Source: Octopus bimaculoides | Taxonomy: Eukaryota | DNA: 33,698 nt | Direction: 5' to 3' | NCBI RefSeq assembly: GCF_001194135.2 | Contig: NC_068990.1 | Span: 83,365,879 to 83,399,576 of the forward strand | Shown: positions 1 through 9,697 of the stretch, one piece after another | How positions within the stretch are numbered: position 1 is the first letter of the stretch | Layout of the letters: each line of letters opens with the position of its first letter | Notes under the pieces: model-generated | What the model was told of the DNA's origin: nothing | Database searches by the model: none | Seen by the model: the letters and a program-made list of their open reading frames with translations, nothing else | Made by a program: the position numbers and the translations under genes

Positions 1-81
1 TGGATTTGTACAGTTTTGTTCAAGTGAATGTTTAAGAAACCATAAGAAAATTATGTGTTTGCTTTAAAATTTGAGATCACA

Positions 82-142
<61 letters not shown>
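82..142. repeat. (TAT)n microsatellite
   Basis: Uninterrupted TAT run of about 20 units, read directly. Confidence 0.98.
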
Positions 143-143
<1 letters not shown>

Positions 144-227
144 GCGTCAGTGGCTCTTAATTTGAATGTCTCTATTTCTTGTGTCGTTTCTTATTAGTTG
201 TCAAGAGCTATTTGTAGTATTCACATA

Positions 228-955
228 CTAGATCTATGATTTTATGAATATTACGAGACTTCCAACAGAGTTCTCCTTATCATGTCTTAGTGGAATGTAA
301 TAATTGATTTTAATACTTATGTATTATGATTGCCAAAATTGTTAACTATCACAGTGTAAATGTTTTTGTCTGGCGATAAACATTTAACAGTTCTTTGAGA
401 TGTTTTTAAGCCGTTAGTATTGTATTGAAGTATATTTTTTATTACGTTTGCAAGGTTTTGTTTTATGCATGGAGCTTTAGAATTTGTTAATAGCTGCGTG
501 TGTGTGTGTGTGTTTAATAGTAACTGTTGCTATTACTGCGATGGTTTGTAAAATATGATGCATGAATATGAAGTCTTAACGTACGGTGTAGGCTTCTTCT
601 GTGTGAGTGAATAAAACTAATCAGTTATCAACGGCCAGGCGGAAGTAAGGGACATACAACAGGCACGGTATGCATGTCAAAAGAATATGGTGTGTCATAG
701 TTGGCCGAAATAAGTTCAGACATGCTCGGTTAACGTTAGCCCCTTTCCTCGAAACAAATAACGTAAATCGAACAAGTCTGAACTTTTGCAACCAATCACG
801 ATGCGCCATTTTCTTTTGACATGCATACCGTGCCTGTTGTATGTCCCTTACTTCCGCCTGGCCGTTGATAACTGATTAGTTTTACTCACTCACTAAGACA
901 TGATAAGGAGAACTCTGTTGGAAGTCTCGTAATATTCACAAAATCATAGATCTAG
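228..955. mobile_element. Foldback / MITE-like non-autonomous DNA transposon with long inverted arms, flanked by TA
   Basis: 228-292 is the reverse complement of 891-955 (64/65). 612-685 is the exact reverse complement of 811-884 (74 bp). Degenerate pairing continues to about 739/758. TA lies at 226-227 and 956-957. Confidence 0.8.
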
Positions 956-1303
956 TAATTTTTCACTCAATACCTCGCTTATTTCTATTTAAAATGTTAT
1001 TTTGAAATGTTATTTTGATCATTCCAGTGTGTTTCTAAGGCTGTTTTATGCTAGAAATCAAAGTTTCATAAAAAAAATTCCAGTTAATAGAATTATGGGA
1101 GGTAATGGGTTAAGGTCTGTTTCAAGCAGGTCTTCACTCTCGCATTTCGCTCATATGTAACGTTAAACTTCGAGAGTCTTTAATCGTTATTTGTGTCAAA
1201 CATTCAAAATTCCACTGTTATTCAAGACCTAACCAACCCGTTTTCCTCTCTGGCATATTATAGTGAGCTCTAATTTATCTGGTATATTCCACCTTTCCCA
1301 ACA

Positions 1304-1350
1304 GAGATATGGCTGCTATTTCTAGCACGTGGAGCGATCGTATAAGAGGC
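1304..1350 (-). repeat. Short dispersed repeat fragment (GCTAGAAATAGCAGCC-type motif)
   Basis: The reverse complement resembles 13321-13349 and, more weakly, about 19294-19320 and 26642-26667. Degenerate. Confidence 0.35.
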
Positions 1351-1881
1351 ACTTTAGTTGGACAGTTTATTAACTCTTCTGGTGGTCAGATGTTTTGTTC
1401 TTTCTTTCTCAAGTGTCATTTAACTGAGTCTAGTTGCGTACATCTCAACTTGCCTCGCTAACTCTTGACTGAGAGTCACTACATAGATACACATTTCATG
1501 CCTTATCAATTCCTGGTCAAATAATGGGAAAATATTATTCTATCGCTGACAATGAAGATATGCAATTTTCCAAGTGCCAACGAAAGATATTCTAAGTGGT
1601 TTCTATGTTTGTTAGAAAGAACAACCAAATCTCCTCCAAATAACTCCTTAATTTAAGAAGAAAAAACAACGAAGAACACATTAGGTAGCCTAATCCTAGA
1701 TATACTATGTTAACATGGTCATGTCTGTAAAAATGTTAATCATAGATCTGCTAAGGGGTCTGTCATTAATGTCTGCAAAAAGGTACCACTACAAATGAAA
1801 CCAGAAAGAGGCGGTGGTGTGCAACACTACACGAGAGTAACACTATATACAAAGCTTTCAAGGGATACAGGAATAGTTATT

Positions 1882-2020
1882 GGCGCATGCGTGGTTACTT
1901 TGAAATCGAGTTCAGTCCAACAGCGCGGCAGTTTGGGTAAATGTCTTCTACTATAAGCCCTGTGTCAACAAATGCTTTGTGAATAAATTCGGTAGACGTG
2001 AACTCTGCGGAGGTCCGTCT
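1882..2020 (+). mobile_element. Degenerate SINE family B, 5' half
   Basis: GAGTTCAGTCC B-box-like motif, then GGGTAAATGTCTTCTACTATA...GGTAGACG. Matches 25894-25952 and the reverse complement of 33526-33698. Confidence 0.65.
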
Positions 2021-2336
2021 CGCGCGCGCCTGTGTATACGTATGTGTGTATATGAATGTAGAATATGTTAATGTTTGTTTTTTTAATTTTTTATGGGCAG
2101 TTATAATAAAACATTTTTACATTAATCCGATGGATTACTCCATACTTTTATAGATTATAATTTTATTGTTCTTAAATGTAAAATTTTATTGACAGAGAAT
2201 CCGAACTTTCGGCTGGCTAAGCCATTGTCGGATGACGATGGCTTAGCTGGTCAAAACATCGAAATCACTGCCCAAAATATTCTTGTTTAAGAATAATAAA
2301 TATATATTGATATATTATGTAACAACATATGTGTGT

Positions 2337-2394
2337 GTGGTAGAGCGTTCGCTTTGCATGTGAAAGGCCAGAGGTTCGTTCCCCGGCATCGCCA
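2337..2394 (+). pseudogene. 5'-truncated tRNA-Ala(UGC) pseudogene
   Basis: GTGGTAGAGCG (D loop/stem), anticodon arm TTCGC-TT TGC AT-GTGAA, GGTTCGTTCC (mutated B box), CCCGG CATCGCC A. The 5' acceptor strand and first D strand are replaced by (TG)n, and the T stem is mispaired. Confidence 0.8.
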
Positions 2395-2403
2395 TAGGAG
2401 AAC

Positions 2404-2409
2404 TTTTTT
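2404..2409 (+). terminator. Pol III oligo-T terminator downstream of the tRNA pseudogene
   Basis: T6 run starting 10 nt after the discriminator base, the position expected for a genomic tRNA gene. Confidence 0.5.
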
Positions 2410-2414
2410 CCACT

Positions 2415-2465
2415 GGCGATGTTCCAGCATGGCCACAGCCTTAGAGCTGAAACGAATAAAAGAAT
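2415..2465 (+). mobile_element. SINE family B 3' tail fragment
   Basis: TTCCAGCATGGCCACAG...CTGAAACGAATAAAAGAAT, similar to 26150-26200 and 13351-13414. Confidence 0.65.
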
Positions 2466-2483
2466 ATATATATGTTTTTTTTT

Positions 2484-2690
2484 CTTTTCTATTCTTTTAT
2501 CTCTTTCAGTCATTTGACTGCGGCCATGTTGGAGAACCGCTTTTAGTCGAGCAAACCGACCCCAGGACTTATTCTTTGTAAGCCTAGTACTTATTCGATC
2601 GGTTTCTTTTGCCGAACCGCTAAGTTACGGGGACGTAAACACACCAGCATCGGATGCCAAGCGATGTTGGGGCGACAAACACAGTTACAC
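2484..2690 (-). mobile_element. SINE family B 3' half
   Basis: Reverse complement aligns with 25990-26190. Runs into the (CA)n/(TA)n tract that sits in the middle of this family. Confidence 0.85.
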
Positions 2691-3533
2691 AAACACACAC
2701 ACACACACACACGAACGCACACACACACGCATACACATACACACACACACACATATATACACACAACATCGCTGAAACAAGTAAAAGAGAAAGAGAAAGA
2801 TATATATATATGTTTGTATATATACATACATATATATGTATATATATGTATATATNNNNNNNNNNNNNNNNNNNNNNNNNNNNNNNNNNNNNNNNNNNNN
2901 NNNNNNNNNNNNNNNNNNAATGTATGTATGTATATGTATATCAAACTAGATAAGTTATAAGCACAATATACACACTGTTCACAAGAGACCAATATACATT
3001 GCTTACTAGATAAATATAAACACACACACTTCTCACACACCCATCCAAATAACACACCCACGCTTTCACACATAAATCAATTCACACGTATGCAAAGACC
3101 CGGCATAAATACGGAATGCAAACATTAGGCACGCGCGTGGGCGCGCAACAGACATAATACAAACACAAACACAATGCAAAGGAAAACACACACACACACA
3201 CACACACACACTCATGCGCTCACACACAGGCGCTCGCACACGCACTCCCACTCACTCTCTCTCACAGAAGGTCTTCTATTATCATAACATGTCTGTAATG
3301 TGATGCGCCATTTTATGAGGTTGTGTTCTGTTATAGAAATGCACTTTCACCTTGCTACCACCTCACCCCACTGCCCATTATTTATATATATATATNNNNN
3401 NNNNNNNNNNNNNNNNNNNNNNNNNNNNNNNNNNNNNNNNNNNNNNNNNNNNNNNNNNNNNNNNNNNAAGTGGCAATATACTACACTTTATCGTGCAGTT
3501 ACTGTTAATACTTCATTTAGAGAATTAACATTG

Positions 3534-3583
<50 letters not shown>

Positions 3584-3960
3584 TATATATATATACATAC
3601 ATGTATGTATGTGTGTATGTATATGTTTATATGTATATGTAATATATATGTATATGTAATAAATATGTGTACGTATATGTATACATTTATATATATGTAT
3701 GTATATATATGTGTGTGTGTGTACATATAAATACACACACACATTTAGTTTTATGTATATAAAAGTATATATATTTTTATCTTTCTCTTTAAGCCATATA
3801 ATGTATGTGCTTGTATTATCTGCCTCTTTAGACCACACACATATACATACATATGTGAGCGTGTATGCTTTTGTATATATATATATATACACCCACTTTC
3901 ACACACATCCATACACACACACTCACACATGCATATACATAATTCTTTGTTTCCCTTCAC
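2691..3960. repeat. Compound (CA)n/(TA)n/(TATG)n microsatellite field with two N gaps (2856-2918, 3396-3467)
   Basis: Read directly. Explains the [12 protein letters not shown] ORFs here. Confidence 0.9.
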
Positions 3961-4059
3961 ACCGATCACACCTCATACGTCCACCCTCCAAACACAAACT
4001 CATCTATTGAATATTTATGAACTGACCTATGTACAGTAAGGGCAATTAGGTTCCAATTT

Positions 4060-4455
4060 TTCAAATCATGGCTACTTCCGGTTTTACGTGAGTTCGTGTT
4101 GTGCTTAAGGATTAGAACAACTGAATATAACTAACTTGGTTTTTTTTTTCTTGTTATTGTTATTGTTATTGTCGGGTTGATTTTTTATTGTTTATTTTTT
4201 TAATTTTATCATAAATATTTTTTATTTCTGTTTTATACTGTTTTCTTTTTGTTTTCATGGTTTGGTTGTTGCTGTTGGTTTGTCGGTTTTTGTTGTAGTT
4301 GTTTGGTCTCTCGTCTTCTCAAGTACCAAATACAACACACAGCGTCGGATTGGTGGGAGAAGCGAACCGTCGTTACGTGATTTGTTTGTAATATGGCTGC
4401 CACAAGTGATCCGCTTTCCAAGTGTTTCGTTGGTTGGTTCAGCAGCCATCTTGAT
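4060..4455. promoter_or_regulatory. Candidate housekeeping-type promoter / first-exon region
   Basis: ETS-like ACTTCCGG (about 4074-4081), TTACGTGA twice, reverse CCAAT (GATTGG, about 4348), and YY1-like ATATGGCTG and CAGCCATCTT, with local CpG enrichment. ATG at 4068 is followed by a GTGAGT donor at 4088. Motif-level evidence only. Confidence 0.35.
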
Positions 4456-4547
4456 TTTTTCTTTTCTTATAACCGTCGCTCTTTCTAACTGTGCCTATCA
4501 TTCTCTTACCTTCTTTGTCTTTCTTTTTTTTCTCTCGCTAACTCTCG

Positions 4548-4593
<46 letters not shown>

Positions 4594-5050
4594 CACACAC
4601 ATAATTTAACTTTCACTCGCCAATGATTTCTCTCATTTACTCCCTCTCTCCCTTACTCTTACTCTTTCTCCCTCTCTATCTCTCTCCTTTATTCTTTCTC
4701 CCCCCCCCTCTCTCTCTCTCTCTCCCTTTTCTCACTGACAGATATTCACTCTATTTCCTTCTTTTTCTTACACATTTTCTTTCTTTCAGTTTCTTTCTCA
4801 TGCTCTCTCTCGCTCTCTCTCATTCTCCCTCTCACTTCCCGTTCTCTACCCCTTTTCTTTCTCTCTCTTTCCCTTCCTTTTATACACACACACACACACA
4901 CATACACACCATAAGGTCGATCTGAACTGTTGCTAAATTAATAAATCGCCAATTTACAATTTAATTCACCTCCTTCATTTGCAACTCCATCCCTTTATTT
5001 CTGGAATGTTTCTGTTTTTAAAAGCTTCATTCACATTTACACACTAATAC

Positions 5051-5067
5051 CTCTATCTATCTATCTT

Positions 5068-5118
<51 letters not shown>

Positions 5119-5387
5119 GTTTTTCTGTTTGCCCGTCTGTCTGTCTCCCTGCCTGNNNNNNNNNNGTTTTTCTGTTTGCCCGTCTGTCTGTCTCCCTGCC
5201 TGTTTGTCTATCTATCTTTCTATCTGAGTCTGTTTATTTTTCTGTCAATCTGTGTCTATCTCTCAGTCTAACTATCTATGAATCTATTTGTCAATAAGTC
5301 TCTCGATTTATATATCTGTCTGTCTGCCTATCTGTCTGTCTCTATCTGTATGTCTATCGGTTTGTCTACTTAGCTGTAAATCTATCA

Positions 5388-5421
<34 letters not shown>
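5051..5421. repeat. (TCTA)n/(TCTG)n microsatellite cluster with a 10-N gap
   Basis: Read directly. 37 bp (5119-5155) is repeated after the gap (5166-5202). Confidence 0.9.
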
Positions 5422-5485
5422 ATAACTAATTTATTTGTCCCCATGACACTATAAGTATGTATTTATTTGTGCAGGTATAGGTTAA

Positions 5486-5712
5486 GGCGGTGAGCTGGCA
5501 GAATCGTTAGCACACCGGGCGAAATGCTTAGCGATATTTCGTCTGTCTTTACGTTTTGAGTTCAAATTCCGCCGAGGTCGACTTTGCCTTTCATTCTTTC
5601 GGGGTCGATAAATTAAGTACCAGTTTCACACTGGGTCGATGTAATCGACTTAATCTCTTTGTCTGTCCTTGTTTGTCCCCTCTGTGTTTAGCCCCTTGTG
5701 GGCAATAAAGAA
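5486..5712 (+). mobile_element. SINE family A, full length, tail type 1
   Basis: GGCGG...CCGCC tRNA-like head with GAGTTCAAATTCC B box. Core GAGGTCGACTTTGCCTTTCAT...GGGTCGATGTAATCGACT. Tail ...CCCCTTGTGGGCAATAAAGAA. More than ten related copies in the window. Confidence 0.92.
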
Positions 5713-6356
5713 GTAAAATAGATAGACAGACAGACAGATAAAACGTGTTCGCTTAAAATGACGGGAAGCTAAATTCGAGTGTATAAAATTCCAAATTGAA
5801 ACTGATGGCATCCTCACTGCACATTTACGTATATCCATTCCTTGCCACTCAATAACTGATTATACGACAGAAATTTTGTGAATCCCTCAGTAACTTTTTG
5901 GTTACTTAAATTTACTTTTTTGTGATGTGAATATTTAAAATGAAAAAGACAACGTTGGTATTTGCTGGGGTTTTTTTTTTCCTTCCATGCCCAAAGTTCG
6001 AAACAATATTTCCGAGTATCTTCTGCTAATATGATGGTATATCATTTATGTCGGTGTTCTAGGAAACAGAGACGTTACGTAGAACAAAACAAAAGTATTT
6101 CTACGAGTCCAATAATAACTGTTGGCATCATTTTTTCTTTAAGTCTCCAAGCGGTTAGAATTCTAATATTATAGGCTAGTAGTCCAACGTCCTGAGAACA
6201 GAGGTCTTTCAGAGTGTCGACATTACTGTCATTACACTCATATTAAATGTGTATTGAACAATTGGTCGCCATCTTGTAAATGTTTAAAGGAACATGTATA
6301 TGCAAACGTAGTTACGCCCAGTTACTGCTATCCTTCTCAATAAAATGCTCTCCATT

Positions 6357-6522
6357 ATAGGTGCATTCACGGCTGTGTGGTAAGAACACAGCACTGATTG
6401 CTTCTCAACCACAAATTAAATACCAGTTACGCACTGGGGTCGATGTAATCCACTTGATCTCTTTGTCTGTCCTTGTTTGTCTCCTCTATGTTTAGCTCCT
6501 TGTGGGCAATAAAGAAATAAGA
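6357..6522 (+). mobile_element. Chimeric SINE: family B head fused to family A 3' half
   Basis: GGCTGTGTGGTAAGAA...TTGCTTCTCAACCAC (B head, 6371-6412) joins directly to AAATTAAATACCAGTT...AATAAAGAAATAAG (A core end plus tail 1). Confidence 0.75.
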
Positions 6523-6797
6523 TGGAGCTATACCTACCATTTTTAGCACAATCAGCAAATGTATAACGGGCCTCCTCATTAGCTCACCCGAATGTTTTTT
6601 TTTTGTGGGGGGGTCTTTTGTAATGGGAAATGTAATAGGAATGTAAATAAAACATTTAAGTAGAATGAAATATCAATAAATGCCATGAGTGACACCTAAT
6701 TTGTTGCTGTGACGTCACGAGTGATATCACGCGATACAATTTTAATTTTGATAATAACTAGGCTAATTGGATGACAGAATAAATTAGTATTTGTGAG

Positions 6798-7030
6798 GGC
6801 GGTGAGCTGGCAGAAACGTTAGCAAGCCGGGCGAAATGCTTAGCGGTATTTGGTCTGTTTTTACATTCTGAGTTCAAATTCCACTGAGGTCGACTTTGCC
6901 TTTCATCCTTTCGAAGTCGATAAATTAAGTACCAGTTACGCACTGGGGTCGTTGTAATCGACTTGATCCCTTTGTCTGTTCTTGTCTGTCCCCTCTATGT
7001 TTAGCCCCTTGTGGGTAATAAAGAAATAAG
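6798..7030 (+). mobile_element. SINE family A, full length, tail type 1 (first of three tandem copies)
   Basis: Aligns end to end with 5486-5712. Confidence 0.92.
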
Positions 7031-7225
7031 AAACGTTAGTACGCCGGGCGAGATGCTTAGCGCTATTTCGTCTGTCTTTACGTTCTGAGTTCAAATTCCG
7101 CCGAGATCGACTTTGCCTTTCATCCTTTACGAGTCGATAAATTAAGTACCAATTGCGTACTGGGGTCGATCTAATCGACTGGTCCCCTTCCCAAAAATTT
7201 CGGGCCTTTTGCCTAGAGTAGAAAA
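7031..7225 (+). mobile_element. SINE family A, tail type 2 (second tandem copy, slightly 5'-clipped)
   Basis: Same head and core. Tail TGGTCCCCTTCCCAAAAATTTCGGGCCTTTTGCCTAGAGTAGAAAA matches the reverse complement of 29921-29970. Confidence 0.92.
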
Positions 7226-7241
7226 TAATATACAAACCAAA

Positions 7242-7417
7242 GCCGCGAGCTGGAAGAAACGTTAGCACGCCGGGTGAAATGTTTAGCGGATTTCGTCTGT
7301 CTTTACGTTCTGAGTTCAAATTCCGCCGAGGTTGACATTGCCTTTCATTTTCTTGGGGTCGGTAAATTAAGTACCAGTTACGCACTGGGGTCGATCTAAC
7401 TGACTGGTCTCCACCCC
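7242..7417 (+). mobile_element. SINE family A, third tandem copy, tail truncated
   Basis: Head and core align with the neighbours; ends shortly after GGGGTCGATCTAACTGACT. Confidence 0.9.
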
Positions 7418-8485
7418 TTTCAGGTTGTTCTAACCTGGGTTAGCAGTACATGGGTTCTGTAACGGGCCAAATAGTAACTGGTCTCGTAGTTTAGGCATAT
7501 GAAATTCGAAGGTGTGGGCTAGATTCTAACATGTATCACACAGACCCACCAATGTGTGAAAAAACCAGGGTTTTGTGGTTTAAGGGCAAGCTCGGGAGAA
7601 TAGGAGACTAGCAGAGTAACGATAACTAAACCAACTAGCAGAAAACAACGAGAAACAACAGCTGCATTTTCCTCAAGAAAATCATGAATCTTCAGACTTT
7701 GGTAAGGAATCCATACCAACACCCGTATAACAGACGTGAGACACACGGAAAGAGAAAGCGAAAGAAAGAAAGAGAGAGAGATTATTAAATTGTTTATTTG
7801 ACTATAATAACCAGAATATAGATCTACCTTGTGTTCCGTTTCTTTTGTTCTCTCTCTATCTAATTCATCGACTTTTATGTCTCTCTGTTATTTTTCACCC
7901 TCTAGATATATTCCAATTCAACTACCATTTCAATAATTTAATGAATTTAACAATATTATTCAATTTTGTTTTGTTTTCTGATCCGTTCCGTTGTTTTTAC
8001 GGTCTACCTACGTTATTCCAATCACAATATATTCGTGAACATGTTGAACTTGGTTTGCTTGTTATTATTGTTATGCGATTATATAAGCATTCATTTGCAT
8101 AAGGAAAAGATAAGTGCAGAGCTGTACAAAGGCGTTCAACAATATACGAAATGACGTTTCCAACGAAACGCGAGAAATATTAAATAAAATAGACTGTCCT
8201 TCGTTCTTTTTTTTCTCTGTGAATACATCATTATTCCAGAACGTCATACAAAACTACTGAATATATTCCCTTAGAACCGGGTAACCATAATGTTCCTTTG
8301 TAATCCATTAATTGGTTACATACTGTGGGGGGAAGGGGTTGCTTTATTTTGTTTTGTTTTGTTTGTTTGGGGAGTTTTGCTGTTATTGCTTTTTTTCCTT
8401 CCTATTGTTTCTGAGTGTTGGAGAATAATTTCTCTTGAAGTGAAATACCATTAGATATTTCGGAAATTATGGAAAATACGAAATA

Positions 8486-8487
<2 letters not shown>

Positions 8488-8557
<70 letters not shown>

Positions 8558-8562
8558 TCTCT
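8488..8562. repeat. (CT)n microsatellite
   Basis: Read directly. Confidence 0.97.
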
Positions 8563-8899
8563 CAGCAGCATGCACTGGATTTACAGACAGCCAATTAAAT
8601 ATCTACAGCTCAGTCCATTTGGCTCACAGTAGCTACCGCTGGGTGGAATGACTCATCTCTATAAATAAGGCAACCATACAAAAGTAATGAGTTGCTTTGA
8701 AAATTCATCCTTACGCGAGTTTTCTTTTGGGTTTTCGAAATATACAAATAGCGGTTGGAGTGGATTTCCGTCGTTCAACGATGAGGATTCATTTCTTCGA
8801 TCAACTGAATCACTTACATCCTTCTCGAACAAACTGAAGACAGAGAAATAGTTGCTACGTTTTGTGCCGTTTTAAGTATTTCATTTAGTTTTTGTTCAG

Positions 8900-9106
8900 A
8901 TTGTTCTGCAAAGTGTTATCCTTATTTATTCACATCGATTTGAATTAGGCATTTTTTCTTGTAGCTTTGAAATTTTAATGACGTGAGTGATTATTTTCAG
9001 AATGGTATTGTAGGGTAAGTGTGAGAGGCCAGATCTGGTTAGTTTTAGCATAACACAAATAGAATATTTAGGCCGGATATAACCGGTTTGTCTGCTAAAG
9101 GGTTAA
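8900..9106. mobile_element. Possible piggyBac-type MITE, right end only
   Basis: Ends in CTAAAGGG|TTAA (9103-9106), i.e. TTAA-CCCTTTAG read inward, the terminus pattern typical of piggyBac. No matching left TIR seen, and the left boundary is approximate. Confidence 0.35.
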
Positions 9107-9621
9107 TACGTGATTTTGCTTGCCTTTGCATTTTGTGTAGTATTTGCTGTTGTAAGTGTGATACGATATATGTTGAGAGTGTTGTTAGAACTGATATCGA
9201 GGTTCAGGTATAATGTGTATGGCGCTGATGCTTTACGTTTGTCCATTGCTTTTATCAGATTGATAGACTGTTGTAATGTACTATAAAACAGGGCTCCGCA
9301 ACCTTTTTCACTTGCGGTACACTTATATTCCTATCAAAATTCGGTGGCACACCTTAACTAAAAATATAGCTAAAAGTATATATACGTTTATAAATTCGTT
9401 TTGCAAGATTCCTGATGTGAAATCGTGTGCTGAAACAAATATTGTTGTATTTCGAGATGATCTTTTATTTTATTTATTTATTATTTTTTTTTTTTTTTGC
9501 CAAATAAACACTCGTACTATATAGTTTTAGCCGCTGTACAGGAGTAAATCCTGGACCAGCACGGAAAGAACCAGTAACAAGATAAATGAGGTCAACATTT
9601 GGTATGACAACAAAAAATACC

Positions 9622-9633
<12 letters not shown>

Positions 9634-9694
<61 letters not shown>
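9634..9694. repeat. (TG)n microsatellite
   Basis: Read directly. Confidence 0.97.

Positions 9695-9697
<3 letters not shown>

Noticed and set aside
5119-5202. Exact 37-bp direct repeat
   Set aside because: It flanks a 10-N gap; same artefact pattern.
7457-7733. Possible solo LTR (TGTAACGGG ... CCCGTATAACA) or exon ending at G|GTAAGG (about 7702)
   Set aside because: No TSD, imperfect termini, no PBS or PPT. The exon frames are closed by stops shortly upstream.
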